Below are positions 39,187-48,372 of a stretch of DNA of 64,000 nucleotides, one piece after another. Within the stretch, counting starts at the first letter, position 1; every line of letters begins with the position of its first letter. The DNA lies in the NCBI GenBank assembly GCA_032249135.1, contig JAVVGL010000004.1, positions 1-64,000 on the forward strand. Direction: 5' to 3'. Position numbers and translations under genes: made by a program. This DNA comes from Candidatus Calescibacterium sp. (GTDB taxonomy: Bacteria; Calescibacteriota; Calescibacteriia; Calescibacteriales; Calescibacteriaceae). Under the pieces are notes generated by a model. That model saw nothing but the letters and a program-made list of their open reading frames with translations. It ran no database searches and was not told the DNA's origin.

Positions 39187-40056
39187 TTATTTTGTTTCAC
39201 TCCCCATGTGGGCTCCGAGGGGTTCAATATGAATTGAGCAATTCTCAACCTTCACTCCTATTTTCTCCAACTCCAAAGTTATTTTTTCTTCTATTGAGTG
39301 AGCTATCTTATGTGCTTCGGAGATCGGAGTTTGACCATCAACTTGCAAAATTAGCTCTAAACGCAAAGTATTATTTGAAGATAAAGAAGCTTTAATATCT
39401 CGGGTAGAAACACGGCTTTCAGACAAGATACTTTCTATCTTCTGTAAAACATTCCGAGGTGGAGCCCAATCAACTAAGAATTTCTCAGCCCTCCAAATAG
39501 TTAATATACCATTCAAGAGCAAAACAGAAGCAATAAAAAGTGCAAAAGCAGAATTTATGAAACTTATGTAATTTATGGAAACAAATGTTGATATGAAAAC
39601 AAAGAGTGTCTGAATAAGATCTGTTGTCTCGTGTAAAAGTTCAGCTCTTATTGCTTCGGATTTCAGCTTACGAGAAATCAAAAACAAGCTCAAAACCACA
39701 AAAATCATAAGAACAAAAGAAAAAAATGATGTCATCAGAGATGATTTTTGAGGAATCTGATTGAACTTGAAAATTATATATGTTCCACTCACACCGCTTA
39801 TGAATATCTGAAATATTCCTATTATGAGCGAGCCAAAAGAATCATATTTTATGTGTCCCCAGTGATGGGTTATATCTCTGCCGGATCGGGAAAGATTCCA
39901 GAAGAAAATGGATAAAGATAGGGTAAAGATATTTTTGAGTGAATCTACCCCATCGGAAAATAGAGCAAGATTTTTCCCAGTTATTCCCCATATGATTTTA
40001 AGAGCTACTACAAAAGAGTAAAAAACAAGTATGATAAAAAGATAAAACAAATACAT
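39187..40056 (-). CDS. Cation diffusion facilitator family transporter
   Basis: ALFSDGVDS, HHWGHIK, HETTD, EAHKIAHSIE, IHIEP. Confidence 0.85.
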   Translation of the reverse strand: MYLFYLFIILVFYSFVVALKIIWGITGKNLALFSDGVDSLKNIFTLSLSIFFWNLSRSGRDITHHWGHIKYDSFGSLIIGIFQIFISGVSGTYIIFKFNQIPQKSSLMTSFFSFVLMIFVVLSLFLISRKLKSEAIRAELLHETTDLIQTLFVFISTFVSINYISFINSAFALFIASVLLLNGILTIWRAEKFLVDWAPPRNVLQKIESILSESRVSTRDIKASLSSNNTLRLELILQVDGQTPISEAHKIAHSIEEKITLELEKIGVKVENCSIHIEPLGAHMGSETK

Positions 40057-40077
40057 AAATCAGAAAATAATAATCAT

Positions 40078-40098
40078 AAAATGCTTTGTCGCAATCAT
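40078..40098. repeat. Dispersed repeat aaaatgctttgtcgcaatcat
   Basis: Exact 21-bp reverse complement of 62502-62522; related copies at 60801-60813 and 21047-21061. Confidence 0.85.
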
Positions 40099-40158
40099 TG
40101 GCAAGAAAATTGAACGATACATATTAAATCCACAAATTAAAATTAAAATTTTTTAATT

Positions 40159-40575
40159 ATGAAAAAAGGGAATAAGAGGATAGTTCCGAAGACAAAAGAA
40201 GAGGCGATAAGTGAAGCAAAAAGGTTCTTGAGGAACGCAAAGGAAATTTTAGCAAAAACAGAGATAGAGTACGGCAGGATCTATAAAGATCCAAAAGCTA
40301 CACGTGAAGCTGCTGGAATAGCTTATTTGGCAGCATTACTTGCAATAGATGGATACCTTATATCAAAAGGAGTTCCACGGGATAAGCTCCCAACCTCCAT
40401 AGAAGGTTATATGGATGCCGTAAGAAAAATTCCAAAAAATGGAAAACTTATGGCAAACCTCATAACTGCTTATCAGAACTTGCATATTTTAGCTTATTAT
40501 CGTGGCGGAGTAGGTGTTGAGATGATAAAAGAGGGTATCAAAAGTGTTGAAGAAATTATAAAGATTTTGGAGTAA
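40159..40575 (+). CDS. DUF5618-like (HEPN-related helical) protein
   Basis: EAKRFLRNAKEIL..YKDPK..AAGIAYLAALLAID..YQNLHILAYY pattern. Confidence 0.6.
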   Translation: MKKGNKRIVPKTKEEAISEAKRFLRNAKEILAKTEIEYGRIYKDPKATREAAGIAYLAALLAIDGYLISKGVPRDKLPTSIEGYMDAVRKIPKNGKLMANLITAYQNLHILAYYRGGVGVEMIKEGIKSVEEIIKILE

Positions 40576-40593
40576 AGGAGGTTTTTAGGTTTT

Positions 40594-41397
40594 GTGGGCA
40601 AGTTAATATGTGCAGTTGATATAGGAAATTCAAACATAACCGTAGGAATATATAAAAAAAACCAGAAACCTCAAATAATAAACTCTTTCAGACTTTCATC
40701 TGATATGATGAAAACAGAAGATGAGTATGCAGTTTTGATTTTAGATATTTTGAAACTTTTCCAAATACCAAAAGATGATATAGAAGGCTTTTGTATCTCA
40801 TCAGTTGTCCCTCCTCTTCAGGGAACATTTGAGAACCTTGTAAAAAAGTATTTTTCTCATTCAAAGCTTGTCGTGGTTGGACCGGGCGTGAAAACAGGAA
40901 TCCATGTAATATATAATCCTCCTACTGATGTTGGTGCAGATAGGGTCGCTAATGCTGTTGGAGCCTGGGAAAAATATGCAAAAAACATGAAACCAAAAAA
41001 ACCAATTGTTGTTGTTGATTTTGGAACTGCGATAACTTTTGATTGTATAAGCCAAAAGGGTGAATATATCGGTGGAGCAATATTTCCTGGAATATATCTT
41101 GCGGTTGAGTCGTTATTCAAAAAAACAGCAAAACTCCCCAGCATACTTGTCAAAAAACCTGACGAAGTTATAGGAAAAAGTACATCTCATAGTATCCAAT
41201 CGGGTATTGTTTACGGATACGCCTCTATGGTAGATGGTATGATAGAGAAAATATCACAAGAGATGGGAAATGAAGTTTTTTCAATAGCTACCGGAGGTTA
41301 TTCTCGCCTTATTGCATCTTTATGTAAAAAAATATCTTGCGTTGATGAAACAATAACTCTTGATGGTCTTTTCTTCATATATATGAAGAATGTTTAA
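40594..41397 (+). CDS. coaX: Type III pantothenate kinase
   Basis: DIGNSN, ISSVVP, VGADRVAN, VDFGTAITFD, GGAIFPG, IATGG. Confidence 0.94.
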   Translation: MGKLICAVDIGNSNITVGIYKKNQKPQIINSFRLSSDMMKTEDEYAVLILDILKLFQIPKDDIEGFCISSVVPPLQGTFENLVKKYFSHSKLVVVGPGVKTGIHVIYNPPTDVGADRVANAVGAWEKYAKNMKPKKPIVVVDFGTAITFDCISQKGEYIGGAIFPGIYLAVESLFKKTAKLPSILVKKPDEVIGKSTSHSIQSGIVYGYASMVDGMIEKISQEMGNEVFSIATGGYSRLIASLCKKISCVDETITLDGLFFIYMKNV

Positions 41398-41486
41398 GTA
41401 TATGAAAAATGTTCATATCCGCACCGATAAAATTTTCACCGTAAATACATTCTGAGTTTTTACCTTCTAACATCCTTGTTTTTTTC

Positions 41487-42602
41487 TTATTTAAAATCTG
41501 GTTTTGAGGTTTGTGGAGAGGATGGAGGTAGGACTGGTAATTTCAGAGCATCCTCTGGGATTTCTCCTTCAAGCGATTTCAGGAATGCAACTATTTTCTT
41601 TACTTCATCATCCGTGAGTTTTCTACCAAGCTGTATTTCAGCCATTATTTTTACGGCTTCCTCAAGAGACCACACCGATCCATCGTGAAAATACGGATAT
41701 GTTCTCGTAACATTTCTCAAAGAAGGAACTTTGAAAACATATTTATCTCCTTCGTTTTTAGTTATGGCATATCTACCCACATCTATCTGCTTTTTGTCTT
41801 TATACTTTATGACTTCGTAGTATGGTTTTACAAGTCCGAACTTTTGGAACATGTCTCCACCTATACCTTTTCCTCTGTGGCATGTTATACAACCGACTTC
41901 TATAAAAGTTTTCAGACCTTCTTTCTCCTCTTTTGTAAGAGCATTCAGATCACCTTGGAGGAATTTATCAAACCTTGATGGAGTAAGAAGCGTTCTCTCA
42001 AAAGCTGCTATTGCTTTTGCAATATTCTCGTATGTTACAGGGTCTTTTTCCTCTGGAAAAGCTTTCTTGAAAAGTTCAACATATTCTGGAATAGATTTTA
42101 TTCTATCAACAACAAATCCTTCATGAGGTGATGCCATCTCTTTTGGGTTCAATACCGGACCTTTTGCTTGTTCCTCTAAATCTTTTGCTCTACCATCCCA
42201 AAGTTGAGCTGTATGTAGTGCAGCGTTAAACACGGTTGGAGCGTTTCTCGGACCAATCTGCCACTTGTGTCCAATAGATGTTGGTAAATTATCTACTCCA
42301 TATGAAGCAAGGTTGTGGCATGAGTTGCATGAGATAAATCCACTTTTTGATAGCCTTGGTTCAAAGTAAAGCATTTTTCCAAGTTTTACTTTCTCCGGCG
42401 TTACACGGTTTTGAGGATTATCTATAACTTTTTCTGTGATTGGAGCGAAAAAAGTTTTTGCTCTTTCAAGTAAAGCTCTGTCTTCATCTTCTTGTGAATA
42501 AAGTTTTGGAGAGAAAAATACAAAAATTACCGAAGCAAAGAGAATAACCCCTAATCCACCACTTACTAATTTTGCTATTTTTTCCCTCTTTTTTTCCGCC
42601 AT
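41487..42602 (-). CDS. Di-heme cytochrome c peroxidase
   Basis: Two CxxCH motifs (CNSCH, CITCH), RNAPTVFNA, WDGRA, FKVPSLRNV, PYFHDGS. Confidence 0.93.
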   Translation of the reverse strand: MAEKKREKIAKLVSGGLGVILFASVIFVFFSPKLYSQEDEDRALLERAKTFFAPITEKVIDNPQNRVTPEKVKLGKMLYFEPRLSKSGFISCNSCHNLASYGVDNLPTSIGHKWQIGPRNAPTVFNAALHTAQLWDGRAKDLEEQAKGPVLNPKEMASPHEGFVVDRIKSIPEYVELFKKAFPEEKDPVTYENIAKAIAAFERTLLTPSRFDKFLQGDLNALTKEEKEGLKTFIEVGCITCHRGKGIGGDMFQKFGLVKPYYEVIKYKDKKQIDVGRYAITKNEGDKYVFKVPSLRNVTRTYPYFHDGSVWSLEEAVKIMAEIQLGRKLTDDEVKKIVAFLKSLEGEIPEDALKLPVLPPSSPQTSKPDFK

Positions 42603-42932
42603 ACCATTTTACCTCCTTTTACATCAGTTTAATTTTTCCAAAAATAAATTTATGTCCAATTTTTTTATTTTCGTATTAATTGCAAAATTTTTTTATAAGA
42701 AAGAAATTATCATTTAAATTAGGATTACCACCACGAATTTTCAATTTTTATCTTCAATTTCAAACTTTCACTTTTTTTGTTATTTTTAGTTAAAATTTAT
42801 ATTAACGAGAGATAAATTGTAAATCCGACGGGGTAAAAATTCGGGGGAAAGAAAGGTTAATTTCATTTCTTCTATTTTTTATAATCTGTCAAAAACGAGG
42901 GAGAAAATTTTAGGAAAGGAGGTAAATTACAA

Positions 42933-43988
42933 ATGAAAATCATAGTATGGAAAAAGGGAATAAGAGGCAGGATTTCATTATCTTTTCTCTTCTTTTCTCT
43001 TTCTTTTGCATATTTTTATATTTCCAATTTATTTGCTCAGCAGATTGTATTAAAGTGTGCAACAATTGCTCCTGAAAATTCCCCTTGGGCTGAGCTTGCG
43101 AAGAAGGCTTCAACTGAATTGCAAGAAAAAACAGGTGGTTTAGTGAAAATGGAATGGTATTTCTCTTCAATTGCAGGAGATGAACCAGATATAGCAAAAA
43201 AGTTAAAGGAGGGAAAATTAGATTGTGCAGGTCTTACGGGAAACGGAATTTCTTATCTTGTCCCACCCATAAGGATTTTAGAGCTCCCTTTTTTCCTGAA
43301 AAATGTAAAAGAAGTTGATTTTATAAAACAAAGATCTATGAAGCTTTTTCAAAATATTGCGAACGACTATAATGTGAAGTTAATTTGGATATCGGATTTG
43401 GGTTTTGTCTATATATTTTCAAAACAACCTCTCAAAAAATTAGATGATATAAAAGGTAAAACTGTGTGGGTATGGAAAGGAGACTATCTTGCAGAATTTA
43501 TAGGTAAATTTTTGCAAAGTGAATTTCAGATAAAATCATTTTCTATACCAATTCAAGATGTAAAATCTCAACTTGACCAAATTCAAATATTATACAATAC
43601 TCCTTATGCTCTGAATGTGTTTGGGTGGGATAGTGGAGTAAAATATATTTTATCGCAACCTCTTAATTTTTCTTTTACAAGTCTTATAGTATCAAAAAAC
43701 TCTATGGATAAAATACCTCCTGATTACCAGAATATAGTTGAGGAAGTTTTGCGAAAATATCTTGATATTCTAACCAAAATGAATAGAGAAAGCGATAATA
43801 AAGCCATTGATATACTTAAAAAGAAAGGAGTTGAGATGACGGATTTCTCACAGGATGAGGTAAAAAAAGCAGAAGATATTTTTAGGGAGAAGGTTTGGTT
43901 AGCTTTAAAAGATAAGCTTTATCCATCTTGGCTTCTCGCTCAGCTCCTCACAGAACTTTCAGCATTCAGAGTTGGTGGAAGTAAATAG
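42933..43988 (+). CDS. dctP: TRAP transporter substrate-binding protein DctP
   Basis: Signal peptide; ATIAPENSPW, AGDEPD, LELPF, PLKKLDDIKG. Confidence 0.75.
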   Translation: MKIIVWKKGIRGRISLSFLFFSLSFAYFYISNLFAQQIVLKCATIAPENSPWAELAKKASTELQEKTGGLVKMEWYFSSIAGDEPDIAKKLKEGKLDCAGLTGNGISYLVPPIRILELPFFLKNVKEVDFIKQRSMKLFQNIANDYNVKLIWISDLGFVYIFSKQPLKKLDDIKGKTVWVWKGDYLAEFIGKFLQSEFQIKSFSIPIQDVKSQLDQIQILYNTPYALNVFGWDSGVKYILSQPLNFSFTSLIVSKNSMDKIPPDYQNIVEEVLRKYLDILTKMNRESDNKAIDILKKKGVEMTDFSQDEVKKAEDIFREKVWLALKDKLYPSWLLAQLLTELSAFRVGGSK

Positions 43989-44018
43989 CAATAATGATCA
44001 AGTAAAAACGAAAAGTTT

Positions 44019-44741
44019 CTACTCTTTCTTGATAATTTTCATATTTTCTGTTATGAGTGTTTTTATTAATTCATTTGCGGTTTTTTCTTTCGTGTCTTTC
44101 AATTCATAGTCATTTTTTTTCTCTTTTGCTTTTGAGTCTAAAATTGTTTCGGTATATTCTTTTTTTATTACCTCTTTTAAAGATACTATATCTGTAAAGA
44201 AGCTCTTTTTGAGTTTCTCTTCTAATACCTTTATCCTTCTCATCTGGTCTTGTATTTCATTCAAAGTGAAACCAAATCTTATAAGGATTTCTGCTTTCTT
44301 AATTTCATCTTCTCTCACAAGGTTTTCCCATTGACCATTTATTATTTTCCTTGCTATCTCATCGCTTATTCCTATTGTTTCCTCAAATTTTTTTCTCACA
44401 GCTAAGACTATTGAATATGTGATTGTTTTCTTTTCACTCATAAGGCAATCTGATTCGTATCCCAAAGCTAAATATATTATACATTCAGAAAAGGCATCAA
44501 GGTTTGAAATCACTTTATCTCCGAAAATCAAGACAGGTTCTATTTTTTTTAGCTCAGGACTATCTGAAAAAGCGAAAGCCCCCGTTCCAATTACAAAATA
44601 ATTATTATTATTAATTTGGCTATTAATTTGATATGTAATTACTTGTGCGATGAAGGTAAAAATTAGTGTAAGGATTTTTGATTTTCTGAGCATCCTTTTG
44701 AAGTATTTTATAATTTTTCTTGTGAAGTTCTGGAAGCTCAT
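44019..44741 (-). CDS. Hypothetical secreted protein (true start probably later, e.g. 44693)
   Basis: 240-aa ORF with typical composition; lies next to the SurA-like cluster; 5' end overlaps yidD. Confidence 0.45.
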   Translation of the reverse strand: MSFQNFTRKIIKYFKRMLRKSKILTLIFTFIAQVITYQINSQINNNNYFVIGTGAFAFSDSPELKKIEPVLIFGDKVISNLDAFSECIIYLALGYESDCLMSEKKTITYSIVLAVRKKFEETIGISDEIARKIINGQWENLVREDEIKKAEILIRFGFTLNEIQDQMRRIKVLEEKLKKSFFTDIVSLKEVIKKEYTETILDSKAKEKKNDYELKDTKEKTANELIKTLITENMKIIKKE

Positions 44742-44895
44742 ACCACATCCTCCATCTTGCAGATTTTATCCTTCTTGTTCAGAATATGCTCTTGAATGTG
44801 TGAAAAAATATAAATTCCCAATATCTTTGGTGAAGATAGCAAAAAGGCTTATCATGTGTAATCCATTCTCAAAAGGAGGGGTAGATCTTCCGTGA
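44650..44895 (+). CDS. yidD: Membrane protein insertion efficiency factor YidD
   Basis: SCRFYPSCSEYA..KRLIMCNPFSKGGVDLP. Confidence 0.9.
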   Translation: MKVKISVRIFDFLSILLKYFIIFLVKFWKLIPHPPSCRFYPSCSEYALECVKKYKFPISLVKIAKRLIMCNPFSKGGVDLP

Positions 44896-45113
44896 ATTTA
44901 TTTAAGAATCTTCTCTCTCTTTTTATATTAGGTACTGCAACTTTATTTTATATTCTCAAAAGGCTATTTTTTGTCTTGTTCCCTCCTTTGTATGTTGTAT
45001 TAAGATTGATGGAGGACAAAAGAAAAAGGGAATATTTCAGGAAATATAAAACTGAACGAGTTGAGATAATATCATTAGATAAGTTAAAAAGGGAGGTGTC
45101 AATATGGGATTAA
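44892..45113 (+). CDS. Small membrane protein
   Basis: GTGA overlap with the yidD stop and overlap with the next start; hydrophobic N-half. Confidence 0.5.
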   Translation: MNLFKNLLSLFILGTATLFYILKRLFFVLFPPLYVVLRLMEDKRKREYFRKYKTERVEIISLDKLKREVSIWD

Positions 45114-46033
45114 GGAGTTTTTTTATCTTTGTGTCTTTTTGTTTTTTAGGTTATTGTTGTGGCTTTGTTTCGTGCAATAAGGTAAAAAAAACGGAGATAG
45201 AAGAAAAACCGCGCGGAGAAACTCTCGTGAGAATAGGAAATACAGAGGTTACTGTGGAAGAGTTCAGGGCATTTATATCTTCTTTGCCCGATCTGAGGAG
45301 AGCTGAGCTTATAAGGAGTCCTGAGAAGATGACCCAAGCTGTTGTAGAGTTTATTGAGGCTGTTGCTACATATGAGTATGCAAAATCGAAGGGATACTTT
45401 GATAGACCAGAAATAAAGATAAGATGGATTTATAACTCGGCTGAATTGGTAAGGTCATATATTTTCAGCGAAGAAGTTGCTCCTTATATTAAGGTTGAGT
45501 TCCAAGATGTTCAAGATTTTTACAATAATAATAAGCAGATGTTCTGGCATCCCGATGTCATACGTCTTATGAAAATAGAGTCTTCGGATAAAAAGGAAAT
45601 AGACGAGATAAGAAGCAAGATAAAAGATGTGAAAGACTTTATAAATATTGCTCAAACAAGACATCTTCCAGCAGACTTTGATTACGGATATTTAGATGCA
45701 GATCTTATACGTAAGAGATTTCCAGAACATGCTGATATTATTCTGAAAATGAAACCCGGTGAGATATCTCGTCCGATGAAGTTTGGTGAAAAATATGTTA
45801 TTTTTGCAGTCGTAGATAAAGTTGATGAGGGATATTGGGAGTTTGAAAAAGTTATAGATCAAGTTTTTAGAGCAGTCAGAGAAAAGAAGATAAAGGATAG
45901 AATAAGCAATTTAACAAAAGACTTTATTATGTCAAAAGATGTATTTGTAAATTTTGACTCAATTGAGAAGAATTTCGGTGTAAAACTTTCTCGTGAAAAA
46001 TTCGAGGAAATGTTTATGCAAAAATATAAATAA
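45104..46033 (+). CDS. PpiC/parvulin-type peptidylprolyl isomerase lipoprotein
   Basis: Lipobox-like VSC, LVRIGNTEVT, DYGYL, MKPGEISRP, WEFEKV; GGAGGT RBS. Confidence 0.7.
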   Translation: MGLRSFFIFVSFCFLGYCCGFVSCNKVKKTEIEEKPRGETLVRIGNTEVTVEEFRAFISSLPDLRRAELIRSPEKMTQAVVEFIEAVATYEYAKSKGYFDRPEIKIRWIYNSAELVRSYIFSEEVAPYIKVEFQDVQDFYNNNKQMFWHPDVIRLMKIESSDKKEIDEIRSKIKDVKDFINIAQTRHLPADFDYGYLDADLIRKRFPEHADIILKMKPGEISRPMKFGEKYVIFAVVDKVDEGYWEFEKVIDQVFRAVREKKIKDRISNLTKDFIMSKDVFVNFDSIEKNFGVKLSREKFEEMFMQKYK

Positions 46034-46072
46034 GAAAATATATAAAAAAAGAAAAGATACGACGTGTAAGCT

Positions 46073-46861
46073 ATGGTTTTTGTTGGGATTTTTTTGACTT
46101 TTATAAGTATTTCGTCTTATCATGGAGGAGAATCTTATTCTGATGAGATTTTGGCTTATGTTGAGAGGAGACCTATAACTCGTAGTCTTGTTTTATCATT
46201 TATGAGAACTTTCGGAGAAAAAAATTTTGACTCTGCTCTCGAAACAATAATAGATTTATTCGTTGTTCTTGAATATGCATCAAGACAAAACATAAAAATA
46301 CCGCAAGAGCAAATAGATAGCATAATAGAAAAGCTACATATGAAAGATATATCATCTGTTGAAAAAGAACTTCAAAGAAATGGCATGACTTTACAAGAAT
46401 ATAGAGATTTCATAAGAGCTAAAAGAATTTCAGATGAGATTTTCTTCCAACTTGTCGGTTCAAACTTCATAACAAATAAAGAATTACAGAAATTTTTCAT
46501 CAAAAACAAAGAGAAAATAGGGAAAGATTTTGAAAAAAGATTTGTTTTTTTCCTTGAAACCAGTGATAATGATTATAATTATGATATTTCAAGATTTAAA
46601 AGGTTAGGATGGGTAAGGAGAGGTGAGTTAAGTAAAATTTATGATGAAGCCATATTTTCAAAGCAGGTAACAGGTTTTTGCGAAATTTTTGAAGGAAACG
46701 GAAGAAAGATAGTTTTTTTTGTAAAAGAGATAAAAAATCCAGAATTTTCTGAAGTAAAAGATGACCCAAATTTCAGAGATTATTACATAAAAGAAAAATA
46801 TAAGGAGGTGTTTAGGACGTGGGTAGACGTCCAAAAGCAGAAAATATTTATAAAAAAGTAG
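46073..46861 (+). CDS. SurA N-terminal domain protein
   Basis: DEILAYVERRPIT, ELQRNGMTLQEYR, LGWVRRGEL; upstream of pdxA as in surA-pdxA operons. Confidence 0.65.
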   Translation: MVFVGIFLTFISISSYHGGESYSDEILAYVERRPITRSLVLSFMRTFGEKNFDSALETIIDLFVVLEYASRQNIKIPQEQIDSIIEKLHMKDISSVEKELQRNGMTLQEYRDFIRAKRISDEIFFQLVGSNFITNKELQKFFIKNKEKIGKDFEKRFVFFLETSDNDYNYDISRFKRLGWVRRGELSKIYDEAIFSKQVTGFCEIFEGNGRKIVFFVKEIKNPEFSEVKDDPNFRDYYIKEKYKEVFRTWVDVQKQKIFIKK

Positions 46862-48054
46862 AAGTTGAAGAGAAGAAGAGAGGAAGGAGAGGAAGGATAC
46901 CTCGCATCAAAGTTTCTGAACCATCTGATAGCGCAAAGGGTAAAGTCGTAATTGGAATAACTATGGGCGATCCTACCGGTATAGGTCCTGAGATCGTAAT
47001 TAAGGCTCTTTTAGATAGATCAATAAGGGAAAAGGTTTTTCCTGTCGTTTTCGGAGATAAAGGTGTTTTGGCAAGGGTTGCTCAAGATATAGGAATAACT
47101 GATGTGAGGTTCAGGGAGATAGCATCAATTGATAGTGTAAGAAATGCAGAAATAGGGAAGAGGGAAATTTTGGTCAAGAGTATATCAAACCTTAAAATGA
47201 CCAAGCTAAGATACGGTAGACCTGATAGAAACTGTGGGAGGGCTATGGTCAATTATGTCAAAGAAGCTGTAGATGCTGCTATGGCAGGATATATTGATGC
47301 AATAGTTACCGCTCCTATAAACAAGGAGGCAATAAATGAAGCTGGTTTCAGATATGGTGGACATACAGATATGATAGCTGATTTCACAGGTACAAAAGAA
47401 TTCACTATGATGTTCATATCAAAGCATTTTAAGGTATCATTAGTGACCATTCATGTACCACTCAAAGATGTGTCTATGAGGATAACTCCACAAAGAATAT
47501 ATAAGGTTGGATTGCTGACATGGAAGACTCTGAGACAATATTTTGGGCTGAAAAATCCGAAAATAGGAGTTTGCGGTCTGAATCCACACGCTGGCGAAGG
47601 TGGGATATTCGGTGATGAAGAAAAAGATCTTATATATCCCGGAATAGTTTCCATGAGAAGTAAGGGGATAGATGCAGAAGGACCTTTATCACCTGATTCT
47701 GCCTTTTGGCGTGCTTACAATAAAGAATTTGATGCTATAATAGCTATGTATCATGATCAGGGACTCATTCCGGTCAAGCTTATTGATTTTGATAATGCAG
47801 TTAATGTGACGATAGGTATACCTATAATAAGAACCTCGCCGGGGCATGGGACAGCTTATAATATTGCAGGTCAGGGCAAAGCAAATCCGGAGCCGTTGAA
47901 GTCTGCAATTGAACTTGCATATCAGATGTTCCTTACTAAAAAACAAATTGAGGCTCAGAAAAAGTTTCCAGAAAAGGAGGAATTGGAAATAGAAGAGGAG
48001 ATAAAAAGGTATAGAGTTACAGAACAGGAGATTGAAGAATATGTTTATCTTTGA
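46819..48054 (+). CDS. pdxA: 4-hydroxythreonine-4-phosphate dehydrogenase
   Basis: TMGDPTGIGPE, TAPINKE, GHTD, LNPHAGE, MYHDQG, RTSPGHGTA; AAGGAGGT RBS before GTG. Confidence 0.93.
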   Translation: MGRRPKAENIYKKVEVEEKKRGRRGRIPRIKVSEPSDSAKGKVVIGITMGDPTGIGPEIVIKALLDRSIREKVFPVVFGDKGVLARVAQDIGITDVRFREIASIDSVRNAEIGKREILVKSISNLKMTKLRYGRPDRNCGRAMVNYVKEAVDAAMAGYIDAIVTAPINKEAINEAGFRYGGHTDMIADFTGTKEFTMMFISKHFKVSLVTIHVPLKDVSMRITPQRIYKVGLLTWKTLRQYFGLKNPKIGVCGLNPHAGEGGIFGDEEKDLIYPGIVSMRSKGIDAEGPLSPDSAFWRAYNKEFDAIIAMYHDQGLIPVKLIDFDNAVNVTIGIPIIRTSPGHGTAYNIAGQGKANPEPLKSAIELAYQMFLTKKQIEAQKKFPEKEELEIEEEIKRYRVTEQEIEEYVYL

Positions 48055-48283
48055 AAAAATTTTGTTATCGCTGTATTTTCTGTTATCTGGTTTGTTTTGT
48101 TTTCAAAGATTTTTTGTCTGTCCATATTGTTCTGTCTCTTCGGGAGGGGAGACTAATTATAATTACATCAAAAGCCTCATGTATGGCCCGGGGATACTTT
48201 TTTTATCACTTATTTTTGCCGGCATCTTGGTATTTTTAACATTCTTTTACTATGTAAGAAATGATAGAAAACACAAGAATTGA
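48032..48283 (+). CDS. Small membrane protein with CPYC motif
   Basis: Two hydrophobic segments flanking CPYC, basic tail. Confidence 0.4.
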   Translation: MKNMFIFEKILLSLYFLLSGLFCFQRFFVCPYCSVSSGGETNYNYIKSLMYGPGILFLSLIFAGILVFLTFFYYVRNDRKHKN

Positions 48284-48372
48284 AATTAGTAAAAATTAAT
48301 CTCAGGAAAAATTACCATACGAGCTGGAAACATTAGAAAAATTTTGCAGTTTTTTTAAACTATTTATTTAGT

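Noticed and set aside
42690-42720. Fur/PerR-like box upstream of the cytochrome c peroxidase gene (aatgataatttctttctt)
   Set aside because: Only one half-site matches well in very AT-rich DNA; not supportable without a genome-wide motif
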